Of a DNA stretch of 64,000 nucleotides, positions 1-13,454 are shown piece by piece. The stretch lies in the NCBI RefSeq assembly GCF_009914755.1, contig NC_060927.1. One strand, given 5' to 3'. Below the pieces are notes generated by a model, which was not told where the DNA came from, ran no database searches, and saw nothing but the letters and a program-made list of their open reading frames with translations. Every line of letters starts with the position of its first letter. Position 1 is the stretch's first letter. The DNA is from the human T2T-CHM13v2.0 reference genome, Homo sapiens. The position numbers and the translations under genes were made by a program.

Positions 1-271
1 TAATCTACTCTCATAAATGGAAGCTCAGCATTAACTAGAAGGTAATTAAAAATATATATACGGACAGCAAAAGTATTAAATTCTAGCTAGATAGTATTGG
101 CTGCAGAAGTCTCATCATAGCCTAAGGTCTGTGCTCTATTTATTAAACTGGAGAGACTAAAAAGTATTCAATGTGTTGAAGGCACGCTAACATGGAGGAT
201 GAGAAGTTCTCCTTGTGGTATTCAAAGGATGGGGGTATAAAAAATGTAAGGGAGTGATTTTCTCATTATGT

Positions 272-958
272 TGAAACGGCTTTTGCAAAAATTATAACAG
301 TGAGAAAATCATGGCAGTGGGGGAGATCTGATCTAGCCAACCCGTCTCCTGCCTTTAGCTTTCAAGCTGCCTTAATTTTTCTTGGGCTTAGGCAGAGCCA
401 ACTTTGGAAGACGTTTAGGTTATAGTTTAAGTAATAGCCCTTCTCCAAAACTCACCCACCTTTGTGAAGCTAATGAGATACCACCAGGCCAGGGGGAGGA
501 GAGAAGCCTAAATTCTGCTAAGGTGTAGACTGATCACAAGATATGCAACTTTCCCAATTACTCCTGCAGACAATATCACTATTCTAGATTGGCCTTTTGA
601 GATATCTTTTCAGGTTTTTACATGTCTGACACCTACAATGATGGCTCCACCTGGACCCACCCACTGCTCCTGTGGCCCCACCCAGAAGCAATTTAGAGTG
701 CAGGAGGACCATTTTCCACACCCCTATGATTGCACCCCCAACCAATCAGCAGCAATCACCCACTGCCTAGCCACCCCTACCCCTTCCCCTAAACTGCCTT
801 TGAAAAAACCCAAACCTACAAACCTTCAATGAGATTGATTTGAGTAATAACAATCTCCTGTGTGGTGTGGCTGGCCTGGTGTCAATTAAAGTTTCCTTAC
901 TGCAATGCCATGGTCTGTATTTGTGCAGCAGGCAGGAAGAACCCATCAGGAGGTTACA
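272..958 (+). mobile_element. Solo LTR, LTR8-like (ERV1)
   Basis: Starts TGAAACGGCTTTTGCAAAAATTATAACAGTGAGAAAA and ends GAACCCATCAGGAGGTTACA, matching remembered LTR8/LTR8A termini. Confidence 0.8.
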
Positions 959-1384
959 TGTTAGTCAATGGTATTTAATATCATGTACCACTTAAAAACA
1001 TTTTCAAACAACCAGTGTTTCAATCCCCCATTCTGGGAGATACTTTCCTACTTTATCTGAGAATTTATCTGGTTTGGGTGGGAAGAGTTAGGCACCATGC
1101 ACAAGTTGTTATGTTGAAGTCAGAGCATAATCAGAATTATCTCATGGTTTTTTGATCAAAAAGAGTGTTTGTTAACATCTTGTGTGTTGAGTAGGTTCTG
1201 CTACATAGTCATTGCTGGCATGGCCTCTAGAACAGAACAGTCCTGCTTTGCGACCTAGTCCCTGTGACAGTGGCTGTACCTCTTTGTAAAGCTATCCAGT
1301 ATGGATGACATGAGATAACTTATGTAAAGTAGTTAGCATGCTTGGAACATAGTTGGCACAACAATGCTTTTGAAAAAAAAATTT

Positions 1385-1686
<302 letters not shown>

Positions 1687-2219
1687 AAAATATATATATA
1701 TATATTTTTTTTAAGTACCAATTTTCAAAAACAAGGTCTGGCTTTCTTCGAGGCTGAGTCTCTAGGCTAGTTAGGAATTTTCTTTGAGGCCAATTCTCTA
1801 GGCTAGTTAGCAATTTTTCATAAAAGTGAATTCTTTGTGTGTTTTTATAAAATGATGAATTATTTCAAATTATCACTATGTAGAAAACTCACAGGCCATT
1901 TCTTCCCTTGACATTTCTAATTTCATTTCTTAGACTCAAGAAGTTTGTGAAGTTCAGTTACAAAGACTTGTCAGGTAGGTAAACGATCTATTTAATAAGG
2001 TTCATCCTCTCCAACAAAAGTTGGCAAAATCCCTGCTGAGTCACTAAAACTTTTGTTTACTTGGAGGTATGTCGTAGTGTCCTGCTTCAGCTAGGCAAAG
2101 ACTGGATCACATGGTGACCCCTATTTATGGGTTCAGATTTGTGGTAGTTGCATGCAAAATCTTATATCAAGGGCACACGCATTTCTCAATGATAGCCATC
2201 ATCCCTTGTGTTGAGGCAA

Positions 2220-2440
2220 CGAGTGAATGAAACGAACATTTACTGAAGGCACTACCATATGCTGGGTGCTGTGGAAGACCCTTGGTATTGAATCTTCCTG
2301 GTAGTTCTGTGAGGTTCCTATTATTCCCAATAAAAGAAGAGGAAATTAAGGCTCAGGGAAGTTACATGACTTGCTCAGGTTTTCACATCCAGTAAGTAGT
2401 GGATTTGAATCCACAGCTGATTCCAAAGTCCATGCTATAC
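2220..2440 (-). mobile_element. MIR/L2-type ancient fragment
   Basis: GAGGAAATTAAGGCTCAGGGAAGTTACATGACTTGCTCAGG MIR core in reverse; boundaries approximate. Confidence 0.6.
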
Positions 2441-2818
2441 CTGATCTATAGCTGTGGAAACTAAAGCAACTCCATCTTGGATGCTAATCTGCCATGTTGA
2501 TTTTTGATTAACTCTAGCTCTGGGAAGGCCTCTAAGATTTCGTTTATCAATTGTCGCTTGTGTAAGAGGAAACGTAAATCCTGCCCTTGAGCAATTGTCC
2601 TACGCATCCCTTCTGAAACACATATGGCCTTTCCCTATGGTGTATAAGCCCTGGGTCTGCGGGGTAATGGCATGGGGATCCACCATCTTGTCTCACCATA
2701 GTCTGAGACACAGATATGGTTTCTGCATCTAAGTCGCTATCAAATGTTTATGAGAAACTGGATTTGTCAGCCTCTTTATTTGGCCTCTCAGCTTCCTCAG
2801 ACTTTTAAGGGAAGGTGC

Positions 2819-3190
2819 TGTGTTAGTCTGTTCTCACACAAACTACCTGAAACTGGGTAATTTATAAAGAAAAGAGGTTTAATTGGCTCACAGTTCTGTA
2901 GGCTTTACAGACTTCTGCTTCTGGCAAGGGCTCCGGAAACAATCACGGTGGAAGGTGAAGCAGAAGCTGGCAGGTCTTACACGGCCAGAGCAGGAGGAAG
3001 AGAGTGACGGGGTAGGTGCCAGACACTTTTAAATAATGAGGCCTTATAAGAACTCACTGTCTATAATAAGAACAGTAAGGAGGATGTCCATCCCCATGAG
3101 CCAATCGCCTCCCACCAGGCCCCTTTTCCAACACTGGGGATTATAATGTGACATGAGATTTGGGTGGGGATCTAAATTCAAACCGTATTA
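2819..3190 (-). mobile_element. MST (MaLR) solo LTR nested in the ERV 5' LTR
   Basis: TGTGTTAGTCTGTTCTCAC...GAGATTTGGGTGGGGA...AAACCGTATTA; absent from the 3' LTR. Confidence 0.88.
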
Positions 3191-3210
3191 CTTGTCCACC
3201 ACAGAACATG

Positions 3211-3228
3211 TGGCAAGTTAGCCAGGAG
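3211..3228 (+). promoter_or_regulatory. Retroviral primer binding site, tRNA-Arg(ACG) type
   Basis: TGGCAAGTTAGCCAGGAG vs TGGCGAGCCAGCCAGGAG (complement of the tRNA-Arg-ACG 3' end), 15/18, 2 nt after the LTR end. Confidence 0.8.
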
Positions 3229-3722
3229 CTGACAGGCTAAGAAGTGGGCAAAAAGAGTGAAGCATCTGTGGGGGAAATCCCAGGGTGGCAGCCCTTTGTA
3301 TGTGGAGTGGTACGGCTCACTTTTTAGAAGGCTGTGCACAAGTACAGGGACATGCCGAAAATGCCAGCGTGTTTAGAGTGATTGGTTACTGAGAGCTGTC
3401 TATCACACGGTGGTAAGGAAGAGCGGTGAATCCCTGCTGCAGTAAGATGGCTGCTTCTCTGGGCTGCCCATTTGTTGACGGGAGCCTAGCCAGCAGCAGA
3501 AGCAAAGTAAAATGGCTTCAGTAGGAATTACAGTTAGAAAAAATGTTTGTTAAAGAGCTCAGAGTCAAAAGTCAACTTAGTTAAAAATAATATTTGGGCT
3601 ATATATGTATAGATATGTTTTGTTCTAAGGCCTCTGCTCTCTCTGTAAAACTTCTCAGTCAACTGAATTCTTTTTGTTTCTCTTTTTCCTTGTCTGTCTA
3701 TCCTTTCTCTTGCCACTCTCAA

Positions 3723-4003
3723 TGTCAGAGGCATTCAAACCAAAGTGACTGCATTATGAACAGGGGCTGGGTGAAATAAGCCTGAGACCCACCAGGCTGC
3801 ATTGCCATAAGGTTACGCATTCTAAGTCACAGGGTGAGCTAGGAGGTCAGCGCAAGATATAGGTCACAAAGACCTTGCTGACAAAACAGCATGTGGCAAA
3901 CGAGGCGGCCAAATCCCACCAAAACCAAAATGGCAATGAAAGTGACCTCTGGTCATACTCACAGGTCTTTACACATTAGTTATAATGCACTAGCATGTTA
4001 AAA
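3723..4003 (+). mobile_element. MER41 LTR, 5' half only
   Basis: TGTCAGAGGCATTCAAACCAAAGTGACTGC...; homologous to the full copy at 38153. Confidence 0.85.
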
Positions 4004-4227
4004 TGATGGCTTTATGATAACAGAGATATTCACCTGCTGAATATGCCCATTACCCAAGTCATGATAAATGCTTACAGAATCAAACAACAGTTCAAGAAGT
4101 CTTATCAAATTTGCTGTCTCAGCTTTCCCCTCTGAATCTTAAATAGGGAAAGGCAGAGGGATAATCAAATAACTCATCCTAGGAAGGTAAAACATTTTAA
4201 ACAGTTATTTAAAAATAAGACAAATTA

Positions 4228-4385
4228 GGGCAGGCACAGTGGGTCATGCCTGTTATCTCAGCACTTTGGGAGGCTGAGGTGGGAGGATCACTTGAGTCCA
4301 GGAGTTCAAGACCAGCCTGGGCAACATAGTTACTGAGACCCTGTCTGAAAAAAAGAAAAGAAAAATAAAATAAAATAAAATAAAA
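4228..4385 (+). mobile_element. Alu left monomer (FLAM/AluJ fragment)
   Basis: GGGCAGGCACAGTGGGTCATGCCTG...GAGACCCTGTCT followed by an A-rich tail. Confidence 0.9.
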
Positions 4386-5385
4386 CTCATATCAGCATGC
4401 TAAAAAAAAAAAAGTGGGTAAATTTAAAAACACGGATGGGGTGAAACTAAGACACAAAAAGAAAGGGAGAGTCATGGGACTAGTCTCAGCAGGGTGGAAA
4501 TCTTTAGATGGTTATTAAGACATGAAGTGAATAAAATGTAAGCTGAAGGTGTTAAAACAAAGGTCTTAATACAGTACTACTGAAGGCTGAGTGAGCCAAA
4601 GGGAACCCCTGCTGGTCCCCCATTGCTACAGAGCCCCAAATCAGTTTTCTGTATTTACTCCAGATTAGAGAAATTTAAAAAATTCAGAAGGCAAAGTTAC
4701 AATGAGAAAGCTGAGCCACAAATGCCTGGGGCAATGTTGAGGCAGGTCAATCAAGATAAAGATTGACACAAGGGGCCTGGGCTCAACCTTCTCCTGGGAA
4801 CCCACAGCCTTTTTCACCATGGAGGGTAAAATGGTCTGGAGGTAGAGAGGAGAGGTTTCTGGGACTAGCATGTAAGAATGTAAAGACTGATAGGATTATA
4901 CAAGTTAAAATGTTTAGGCTTTATGTAAAGTAGTTGTGTCTTTTTCACCTAAATGTTTTATGGGAATAGGCATTGTGTCTGACTGGGAACTGTTTCCGCT
5001 ACCTAGTATTGCAGAACTGAAGGCATGTAAATGTGCCCTTCAAGCAGTATTACTTGAACATGCTAAATGGGAACCAGTAAGACTGCCTGAGTCCTCAGAG
5101 AGTAGGATAGATGCTGGAGTGCTGGTAGGGACAAGTTATCTACTTGATAGCCCTTTATGGATCACTCATTGGGGTTTATGGCAAAAGCCTGTGAGCCCCC
5201 TCCTCACCACAACTAATTGGACTTTGGACTAGAGAATTTCCAGTGGAGGGGCATTTACTACCTTGCCATAGGACATTAACTGAAGCCACGCCTATGACGA
5301 GAGGACATAACATGAGCTTGGCACCTGAAATACCCACGCTGTCTAGGGTGATGTCAGAGAAATACTCTGATGGGGATAGCAGTGC

Positions 5386-5863
5386 TGTGATAGTTAATAC
5401 TGAGTGTCAACTTGACTGGATTGAAGGATACAAAGTATTGATCTGGGTGTGTCTGTGAGGGTGCTGCCAAAGGAGATTAACATTTCAGTCAGTGGGCTGG
5501 GAAAGGCAGACCCACCCTTAATTGGATGGGCACCATCTAATCAGCTGCCAGCAAATATAAAGCAGGCAGAAAAACATGAAAAGGAAAGATGGCCTAGCCT
5601 CCCAGCCTACATCTTTCTCCCATGCTGATGCTTCCTGCCCTCAAACATGAAATTTGAAGTTCTTCAGGTCTGGGACTCAGCTATATACATACATATATAT
5701 ATATGTGTATATATATATACATATATATATATGTGTATATATATATACATATATATATGTGTATATATATATATACATATATATATATGTGTATATATAT
5801 ATACACATATATATTTTTTTTTCCTATTAGTTCTGTCCCTCTAAGAGAACCCTGACTAATACA
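5386..5863 (+). mobile_element. MLT2A (HERV-L) solo LTR with internal TA-rich expansion
   Basis: TGTGATAGTTAATACTGAGTGTCAACTTG...GAGAACCCTGACTAATACA; perfect TSD AGTGC at 5381-5385 and 5864-5868. Confidence 0.93.
5683..5813. repeat. (TA)n-rich compound microsatellite
   Basis: Repeated TATATATACATATATATATGTG units. Confidence 0.95.
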
Positions 5864-8800
5864 AGTGCCCCAAAGAGTTCCATAATAAAATATAAATGGC
5901 TTATGTAGGACCATGCTTCATGGGCAGTGCAAGAAGGAGATATGAGCAGAGAGCCTCTTTTTCCCTATGACTGACTCTAGACTATATGAGGAGATGCTGG
6001 ATTCTACAGTGCCCAATAAATAGCTCTCACCTGACTGACAAAGAGCTGCTTGGTTTGCGGATAGCCGTTCCAATGTGAACAGACAACATCCTATTTGTAA
6101 GGCTGCTACCCTGATTGAAAAAAAGTCAAGAAAAACTTTTTCTTTTGAGCAATTAATAGCTTAATATAAACTGGGTAAAGCATACTTTTGTGAGCAAAAT
6201 TTGCTTTTCTCTTTACCTGATTTCTCCAAAACTTGGAAACTATTTATGAGTATTCTTATTTTATGGCAATATATTTATATAAATTTAATAAGAATCAGGT
6301 TTTTTTTTTTTTTTTTTTGGTAACAGGACACAATTGGAGACACTGGTTATTTTACCAAGGCTTTGACTGGAATGCCATATTTTCATATAGGACCAGACTG
6401 CTTTGAGGAATTAATGTTGACTTTACAGAGCCAATAAAAAGCCTGTTGGAAAGACTGGCCTAGTACCTTGTCTATATGTTTCCCTTACAAGGTTCCTGAC
6501 CTGTGGTAAGTAAAGAATGCCATTTTTTGATAGGCCTGAGAACATCAAGATATTTGGGGAACTCAAGAAGTGGGGAACTCACCCAGTTCATGCAGGTATT
6601 GCATGGTGAATCTTTGGCTTGACTTTCTAGTCTCAAGGCTTTTAAAAAGTTTAATCTGAAATTCCTTATGAAAGTTCCAGCAAAGTCAACTTAAAGGAAG
6701 CCTATATGGCTAATCACTATTCTTGTGTGCTTTATGCAAATAACCAGGCCAAGTAAAGTGAGACTAAAATTTATTTTCCAAATAAATTAGCCCTACTACA
6801 ATTTATCCTTGGGAGAAATGGGGAAACTGAAGAGAAAAAATACATTTTGGAAGAAAACTATAGTAGACCCATTAATTATTAGATTCTAGCCCTAGCCATT
6901 GTTTTTGAGTTTTTAAATCCTGAATAATTTCCTGGCTATAAGAAGTCTCTAAAGAACTACTGGGTTTTAATTTTCTTGATGATGCTTTTAGTTGGGTCCC
7001 TAATGGACCAGGTTCTTTTTTGTTGCTCTTGTTCAGGCATACAAATTCTCTTTTGATTGTAATCTTTGTGTGCATTATATTTCTACTATTCAAATTATTA
7101 ATGTTATATATCTCTCACTGTTTTACTTCTCCTGAGAAAACCAAAGCCATGGTATTCCGAAGTCTAAGAAATGATTCAACAGAGCTTGTGAACCCTCCTC
7201 ATTTGGAATCCCACTGGGCCCAATCTGTTTTCCAATGCCAACTCACTGCTGCTAAAGCTATACAGTGTAAATCATCCTCCCTAAAGCCTCAGGCACCACC
7301 ACGGAAGAGGACGGCATGTGAAATTGTCAGAGCTAGATTATGGAGGTGGAGTGTGGAGGCTATAGCAACTTCATCTTGAATGCTAATCTGCCATGTTGAT
7401 TTCTAATTAACTCCAGTTCTGGAAATCTTCAAGATTTCTAGTTTATCTGTTGTTCCTTGTATAAGAGAGTGTACTTATCATAAATCCTACCCTTAAGCAA
7501 TTGTTCTATGCATCCCTTCTGAAGCACATATGCTCTTTCCCTATGGCATATACGCCCCAAGTCTGGGGCTAATGGCATGGGGATCTACCATCTTGTCTTG
7601 CTACTGCTTAAGACCCAGACAAGGCTTCTGTTTGTAAGTCCCTATTCAATGATTCTTTCTGAGAAACTGGATTTGTCAGCCTCTTTCTTTGGCCTCTTAG
7701 CTTCCTTGGACTCTGAGGATAGGTTTGCATAGGCCTGCCCACCTTGAGACAATAGCAAGGATACCTCTGTGGTGTATGAACAAATCCATTGAAAACATTT
7801 ACAGTGTGCATTTGTGTAGTATTTTAGGCTACTTTATACTTTCATATCTAATATATCGTTTGTACTTCACAATCCATTTTTCAGAAAAGCAATTTTTTGA
7901 TTCCAAGGAATGGCTCACCTGGAGTTTTACAAATATTAATCTCATCTAGTCAACTTACTTTGGCAGTAGGGGCTCATTCTAATTGAAACGTATATCCTCT
8001 AATCATTTCAAACTGGAAGCTGCAGTTTTAGGGCTGGAAAATGTTTTTATTTGTATGACCAGGTGTTTCACTGAGGACTGATTTATTCTTGGGTTTTGAT
8101 GGGTCCAGGCTCTTCTAATCTCAAAGTCCCATGAAAGCCAAATAAAAATGTTTTAAAGCACAGAAGCTAGGATATTAGATGCCTCTTAGGTGAACAATAT
8201 TTTTTAAACCTACTTCAGTCAAGTACCTTAATTTCTTCTAGCACTGGACTTGTGGGCTAGCATATATTGTCATGGTCATTTTAAAAGTATGGAAGAAGAT
8301 GATGATGATCTCTAAGTTCTGACATGCTGCAAAGGTTACACAAGGCTTAAAATTCATAACCTTGCCTGATGTTTTTATTTTCCTTAGGAGTGCCCAGTTT
8401 GTTCCCTTCTTCTCCAATTGTTTTACTTTACCAAGACACTCCAAGTAAGTTGGAGGCAACTTTGCATTCAAACTTTGTTTCTCGATTCCCCAAACCCAGA
8501 GAAAAGTTGACCTGATACTCAAAATGCTATCTAAAACAAATTACAAAAGAGTGGAAGGAAAGTTATTGCCTCTAGAAGCAATAGGGAGGTTTTGTGATAA
8601 GGAAATATACTAGAAAACTCATCTCGATCATTTCAATCACTGGACTCAGCCTGTGCTTTGAGGCCAATTTTCAGTCCTCTAGTGTCTTTCTGGTTTTAAT
8701 TAGCTATAGAAAGCAAAAAGGCAAAATATTTTCCTTTATGTGAAAAGTATTGCTGGATATTCCTTTTACTTGTTTGAAAAGATAAATTTGATATCTCTCG

Positions 8801-9555
8801 GATATTACATTATTTCCAGTGCACCGAAGAATAGTTCTCTTTGCATTGAACATGGGTCTATTCACTGGTCTCCTCATCTAGCCTGGGACATTGTACAGTA
8901 GTTCTGAGCTCTTTTAGGAAACAGTATGCCCAGTGTCCAAGGCTCTGCAAACCAACCCAGACTAAGTCATTGATGCCAGATGCATCGAAGGTCATCTAAA
9001 GACCCTTGCTTTCTTCCTCATGGGCCTTTAGCAAACTATAATGTGAAAGCTTGTCTTAGTTGCTTCTGTATCCCCTTTTAGTCACTTCTACCCTCTTAGC
9101 CTCTCCTCTGCTTTCCTTTCCAACTGGATTATTACAACAGACAGAAAATGTGACAGATTGACAGATACTGGTTTGGGGGAGTTTACTATTTTTTTTTCTT
9201 GAGCATCAGCTGATATTTTCTATGCTTCCTTGAGTTGGGGAGTGGGCAGCATGTGACCAAGGAATGGACAATGGGATGTGGGCAGAATTTCCCAGCCTTT
9301 CTTAATTTCCTAATTTCCCAGCCTTTCCCAGGCACACAACAATTGACCATTTCTTCTTCTTATTTTTTAAATTTACGTTATCCTGAAACACCAAATAATT
9401 GACTATTTCCAATTGGTACTAGGCTACAAAGAAATAAAGAATCAAGTTTATGGGAATAGCCTCAAAATAAGACAGAAAGCTCTGAGTTAGAACTCTCCTA
9501 TGAACAGACTCCATGAACCTTCATGTGGTTATTATGGCATATATTTGGCATAAAC

Positions 9556-10592
9556 TGTGGTAGTCTGAATAATGTTTCTCCCACAAAGATGTCCACATTC
9601 TAATCCCCAGAACCTGTGAATATGTGGGCTTGCATGACAAAAGGAATGACCTGTGAATCCCCATGACCTGTGAATATGTGGGCTTTGCAAATGTGATTAA
9701 GTTAAGAATGTTGAGGTTAGTCCTAATTATCTGGGTAAGACCAATGTAATCACAAGAATCCTTACAAGACAGGGATCCCCACCCCCTGGGCCACAGAGAG
9801 CTACTGCTCCGTGGCCTGTTAGGAACTGGGCCACACAGCAGGAGGTGAGTGGCACACAACTGAGTGAAGCTTCATCTGTATTTACAGCCACTCCTCATTG
9901 CTCACATTACCATCTAAACTCTGCCTCCTGTCAGATCAGCAGTGGCATTAGATTCTCACAGGAGCACAAACTCTACTGTAAACTGTGCAAGTAAGCGATC
10001 TAGGTTGCATGCTCCTCATAAAAATCTAATGCCTGATCTGTCACTGTCTTCCATCACCCCCAGATGGGATCATCTAGTTGCAGGAAAAGCAGCTCAGGGC
10101 TGCCACTGATTCTAAATTATAGTGAGTTATATAATTAGTTCATTATATATTACAATGTAATAATAATAGAAATAAAGGACACAATAAATGTAATGTGCTT
10201 CAATCATCCTGAAATCATTGCCTCAACCCCAGTCCATGGAAAAATTGTTTTCCATGAAACTGGTCCCTTGTTCTCAAAAGGTTGGGGACTGCTGTTATAA
10301 GAGAAAGACAGAGGGATAGAAGAGGAATATCAGGGTGATACAGTAGAAAACTTGACCATCCATTTATTGCTGGTTTTGAAGCTCAAAGAAGGGGTCACTC
10401 TAGAAGCTTGAAAAGGCAAGGAAATGGATTTTCCCATAGAGCTTCTGTAAAGAATGCAAGCCTGCCAACACCTTGATAGTAGCCTAGTGAAACTAATTTC
10501 TGATCTATAGAACAGTAGGGTAGTAAATTCATGTTGTTTTGAGCCATCATATGTGTGGTAATTTGTTATAGCAGAGGCAGGAAAGTAATACA
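9556..10592 (+). mobile_element. MLT1 (MLT1D-like) LTR interrupted by MER1A
   Basis: TGTGGTAGTCTGAATAATG...TAATTTGTTATAGCAG...AAGTAATACA. Confidence 0.85.
9770..10294. mobile_element. MER1A (hAT-Charlie MITE)
   Basis: CAGGGATCCCCACCCC...GGTTGGGGACTGCTG termini, ~525 bp; 8-bp TSD TTACAAGA/TTATAAGA. Confidence 0.9.
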
Positions 10593-10922
10593 TAGACCAT
10601 TTTCTTCCCTGACTCTCTTTTATATTCTCCTTTATATTGCTAAGGCACTTTGCATAAATGAGATTGTCCTGTGAATAATAATAACAATAGATAATGTGTA
10701 CTAAGTGCTAACTGTGGGCAGGCTATTATATCTATCATTTTCCAGTGGTTATATAATTTATTCTTCAAAATAGGTTCATGAGATAGAAGATTATTTATTT
10801 CATCTCTAATTCTTAGAAAGATTAAGTAACTTGTCCAAGGTCACAGAGCTTAAGATTGATACACACAAAGCAGCTGGACACCACAGACATTCTTTTAACT
10901 GCATACAGCATATGTATGTAGG

Positions 10923-11516
10923 TGTTGAAGCAGGATAGCAAGTCAAAAAAGTGGTGACCATAATCTTGGGATGTGGCAACCCTACAGTCAACACAATAAG
11001 CTTCAGCATTCGCATTGTACTCAAGCTCAGTCAAGCAAAGCTATCTTCAGTGGGAAACTTCCCCTGTAGAGAGCAAGCACGTTTTGATTTGTCCGGTCCT
11101 CACACTGACCCTTTGCTCATTATAATAGTAAAAAACACACCCTGGGTGGAGATTTAAGATACTGATGAGACATGTGACATATGAACAAGTATGTACAGCT
11201 ACTGCGCATGTGCACTCAGAGGATCACCCAGAACATGCTTACTAGTAACACCTCTTCCCAACCACCTATGAATCGTCATGTAAGACTCCCACAAAGGGGG
11301 TCTCCCTAGTGCCTGTCTTTGCTGTCTCATCCTTAGGAGCAGCGTGCCCCGAATCCTCTCTCAGGTTGTAATGTCTATTCTGCACCGAACTTTCAGAGCA
11401 TTCTTTCTCCTTTGCAATAAACTGCTCTATGCTGCATCTCCTTAACTGTGTGTCTCTTGCTTAAATTCTTTTAAACTAAGAAGGCAAGAACCTAGGTATC
11501 ACAACAGCTGTCAACA
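10923..11516 (+). mobile_element. Solo LTR, probably ERVL-class (family uncertain)
   Basis: TGTTGA...TCAACA termini, AATAAA near 11416; shares the GGGTGGAGATTTAA block with the LTR at 20962; no TSD seen. Confidence 0.7.
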
Positions 11517-12211
11517 GTTTCTACATGTGGGGGTAGAGATGGATATACTCACATACATCATGAACTATGCTCCAGAAACCCTGATCAAACTTGATGTAGA
11601 AAACTTTTAGCATAAATAAAATAATAGTAAAACACTACTTTGAAACACTGCGTTTAGAATATGCATTCACACTTTCTCAGGCCAAAAAGTTACATTTCAT
11701 ACTCATGTGCAGCTAGCTATAACTTAAAAATGGACCAATAAATCAGGTCAGGTTGAAGCAGTTTAATCCAAGGAGCTTAGTTTCCATCATCAGGTCTGCA
11801 TTACGTAAAGTAAGTGCAGTAAAGAAATACTTTTAATATATGTTTCTCTTGTTGTAGTATAATAGGTTGTAATGGATGGAAATTAGGTACTTAAATTTTT
11901 GAATGCAACTTATTAGGTCATTTTCAATAACTTTATTCAAGGAACTTAAAACTTACTCAACTTGAAAATCATTGAGACTGTGGAGCTATTCTAAAGGACC
12001 ACAGGAATGTTTACATTTCTATAATAGAGACGCCTGCTGTTACTGTTCAGAAGAAGGTGGAAGGGGGCTTCTGTTTTCTGGTGTTTAATACTGTGCTCAC
12101 TTCATGCAGGACATTTAAAGACTAAAGGGGGAAAGCCCAACTTACTGCGTGTGTGCTTTGGGGACTTCCCTCCTCAGAATGTGAGCTTTCTCATTTATCA
12201 AAGAAGGCAAC

Positions 12212-12497
12212 GGCTGGGTGTGGTGGCTCACGCCTGTAATCCCAGCACTTTGGGAGGCTGAGGTGGGTGGATCACGAAGTCAAGAGATCGAGACCATCCT
12301 GGTCAACGTGGTGAAACCCCATTTCTACTAAAAATACAAAAATTAGCTGGGCGTGCTGGCACGGGCCTGTAGTCCCAGCTACTTGGGAGGCTGAGGCAGG
12401 AGAATCACTTGAACCTGGGAAGCAGAGGTTGCAGTACACTGCACTCCAGCCTGGTGACAGAGCGAGACTCTGTCTCAAAAAAAAAAAAAAAAAAAAG
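12212..12497 (+). mobile_element. AluSc-like, inserted in a MIR
   Basis: GATCACGAAGTCAAGAGATCGAGACCATCC diagnostic; TSD AAAGAAGGCAAC; small deletion in the right arm. Confidence 0.95.
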
Positions 12498-13454
12498 AAG
12501 GCAACATTCCTGGCCTATCCAGCAAGGTTGTTGGGAGGCTGAACAAGACCACACATGTGAATGCACTTAGGAAACTGAAGTCCTACTGAAATAAAACAGG
12601 ATTATTGTTAAACTTTAATCATAATAGAAAACACAAAACTACTTAGCCATTAAAATCTGGATCTTCTGAAACAGCGATGTGAAGGGGTTAGGAAAAGGGA
12701 AACAGACATGAAAACGCTTTGGTTTTATAACATTTCTATTTAAGAAGTTGGAGATTCTTTTTGCTCTGCTGAGAGCCTGGAAGGAAATGATATAAAGCTA
12801 CTTAAGCCCTCCCCAGGTCTTTATTTACATCTGACTTATCCTTGTGATGTGCTGGATATCTTGGCTATAGCCAGGTTTTGAGATAAGGAAAAGCCTGGAT
12901 GATTATATCTGCTTTAACAACATTGTTAGCTTCCCCCAAGATTGATATATATTCAAAGTCTCACGTATGCCTACAGGTAACCCCTGGAACTGAGTCAGAG
13001 GAAAGGCTTCCTCTTAGCAGCTCTGAGCCAGTTTTCAGCATCTGCTCAAGGGAAGATAATGATAGAACATGCGGATTTGGAGGAAGCTGAAAACACTGAA
13101 ATAGAGCTTGGAGTTCTTCCCTGCACCTAAAATGCCTGGAGCCGGGTCTAGCATGAGACAGGCACTGAGTGAATGTTTATTAAATGTCAAATGACTGAGG
13201 CTATTATCTGACGTAGCTGCACAAAGTCAAAATAGGGTGTAAGGTAATCACTGCAGTAGGAGGAAAAGAAAGAAGAAATTACTGCAGAAACTACCCCACC
13301 CTTAGAGTAGTGATCACTCTCACATAATGAATTAGCAAGCAAAAATATCCAGACAGCTATAGCAAATATTGAATGGAATTGTCCATGAGACAATAAAGAC
13401 GGAGTTTTACCAGAATGTGACCCTTTTTTCCAAACTTAATTGGATTAAGCTAGA

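Larger units (their letters stand above)
4930..6113 (+). pseudogene. Decayed class III (ERVL-like) retroviral pro-pol remnant inside the ERV, split by MLT2A
   Basis: Translated motifs [97 protein letters not shown] are colinear with HERV-L protease, RT start, tether and RNase H. Confidence 0.8.
2453..7751 (+). mobile_element. Non-autonomous ERV provirus with two LTRs (MER83/MER84-like, MER4-group ERV1)
   Basis: Homologous LTRs at 2453-3208 (MST-interrupted) and 7352-7751, both TG...CA; TSD ATAGC at 2448-2452 and 7752-7756; PBS after the 5' LTR; purine-rich tract TGGAGGTGGAG before the 3' LTR; family name tentative. Confidence 0.9.

Noticed and set aside
1750-1815. Short TCTCTAGGCTAGTTAG direct repeat
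   Set aside because: Ordinary local micro-duplication with no further structure
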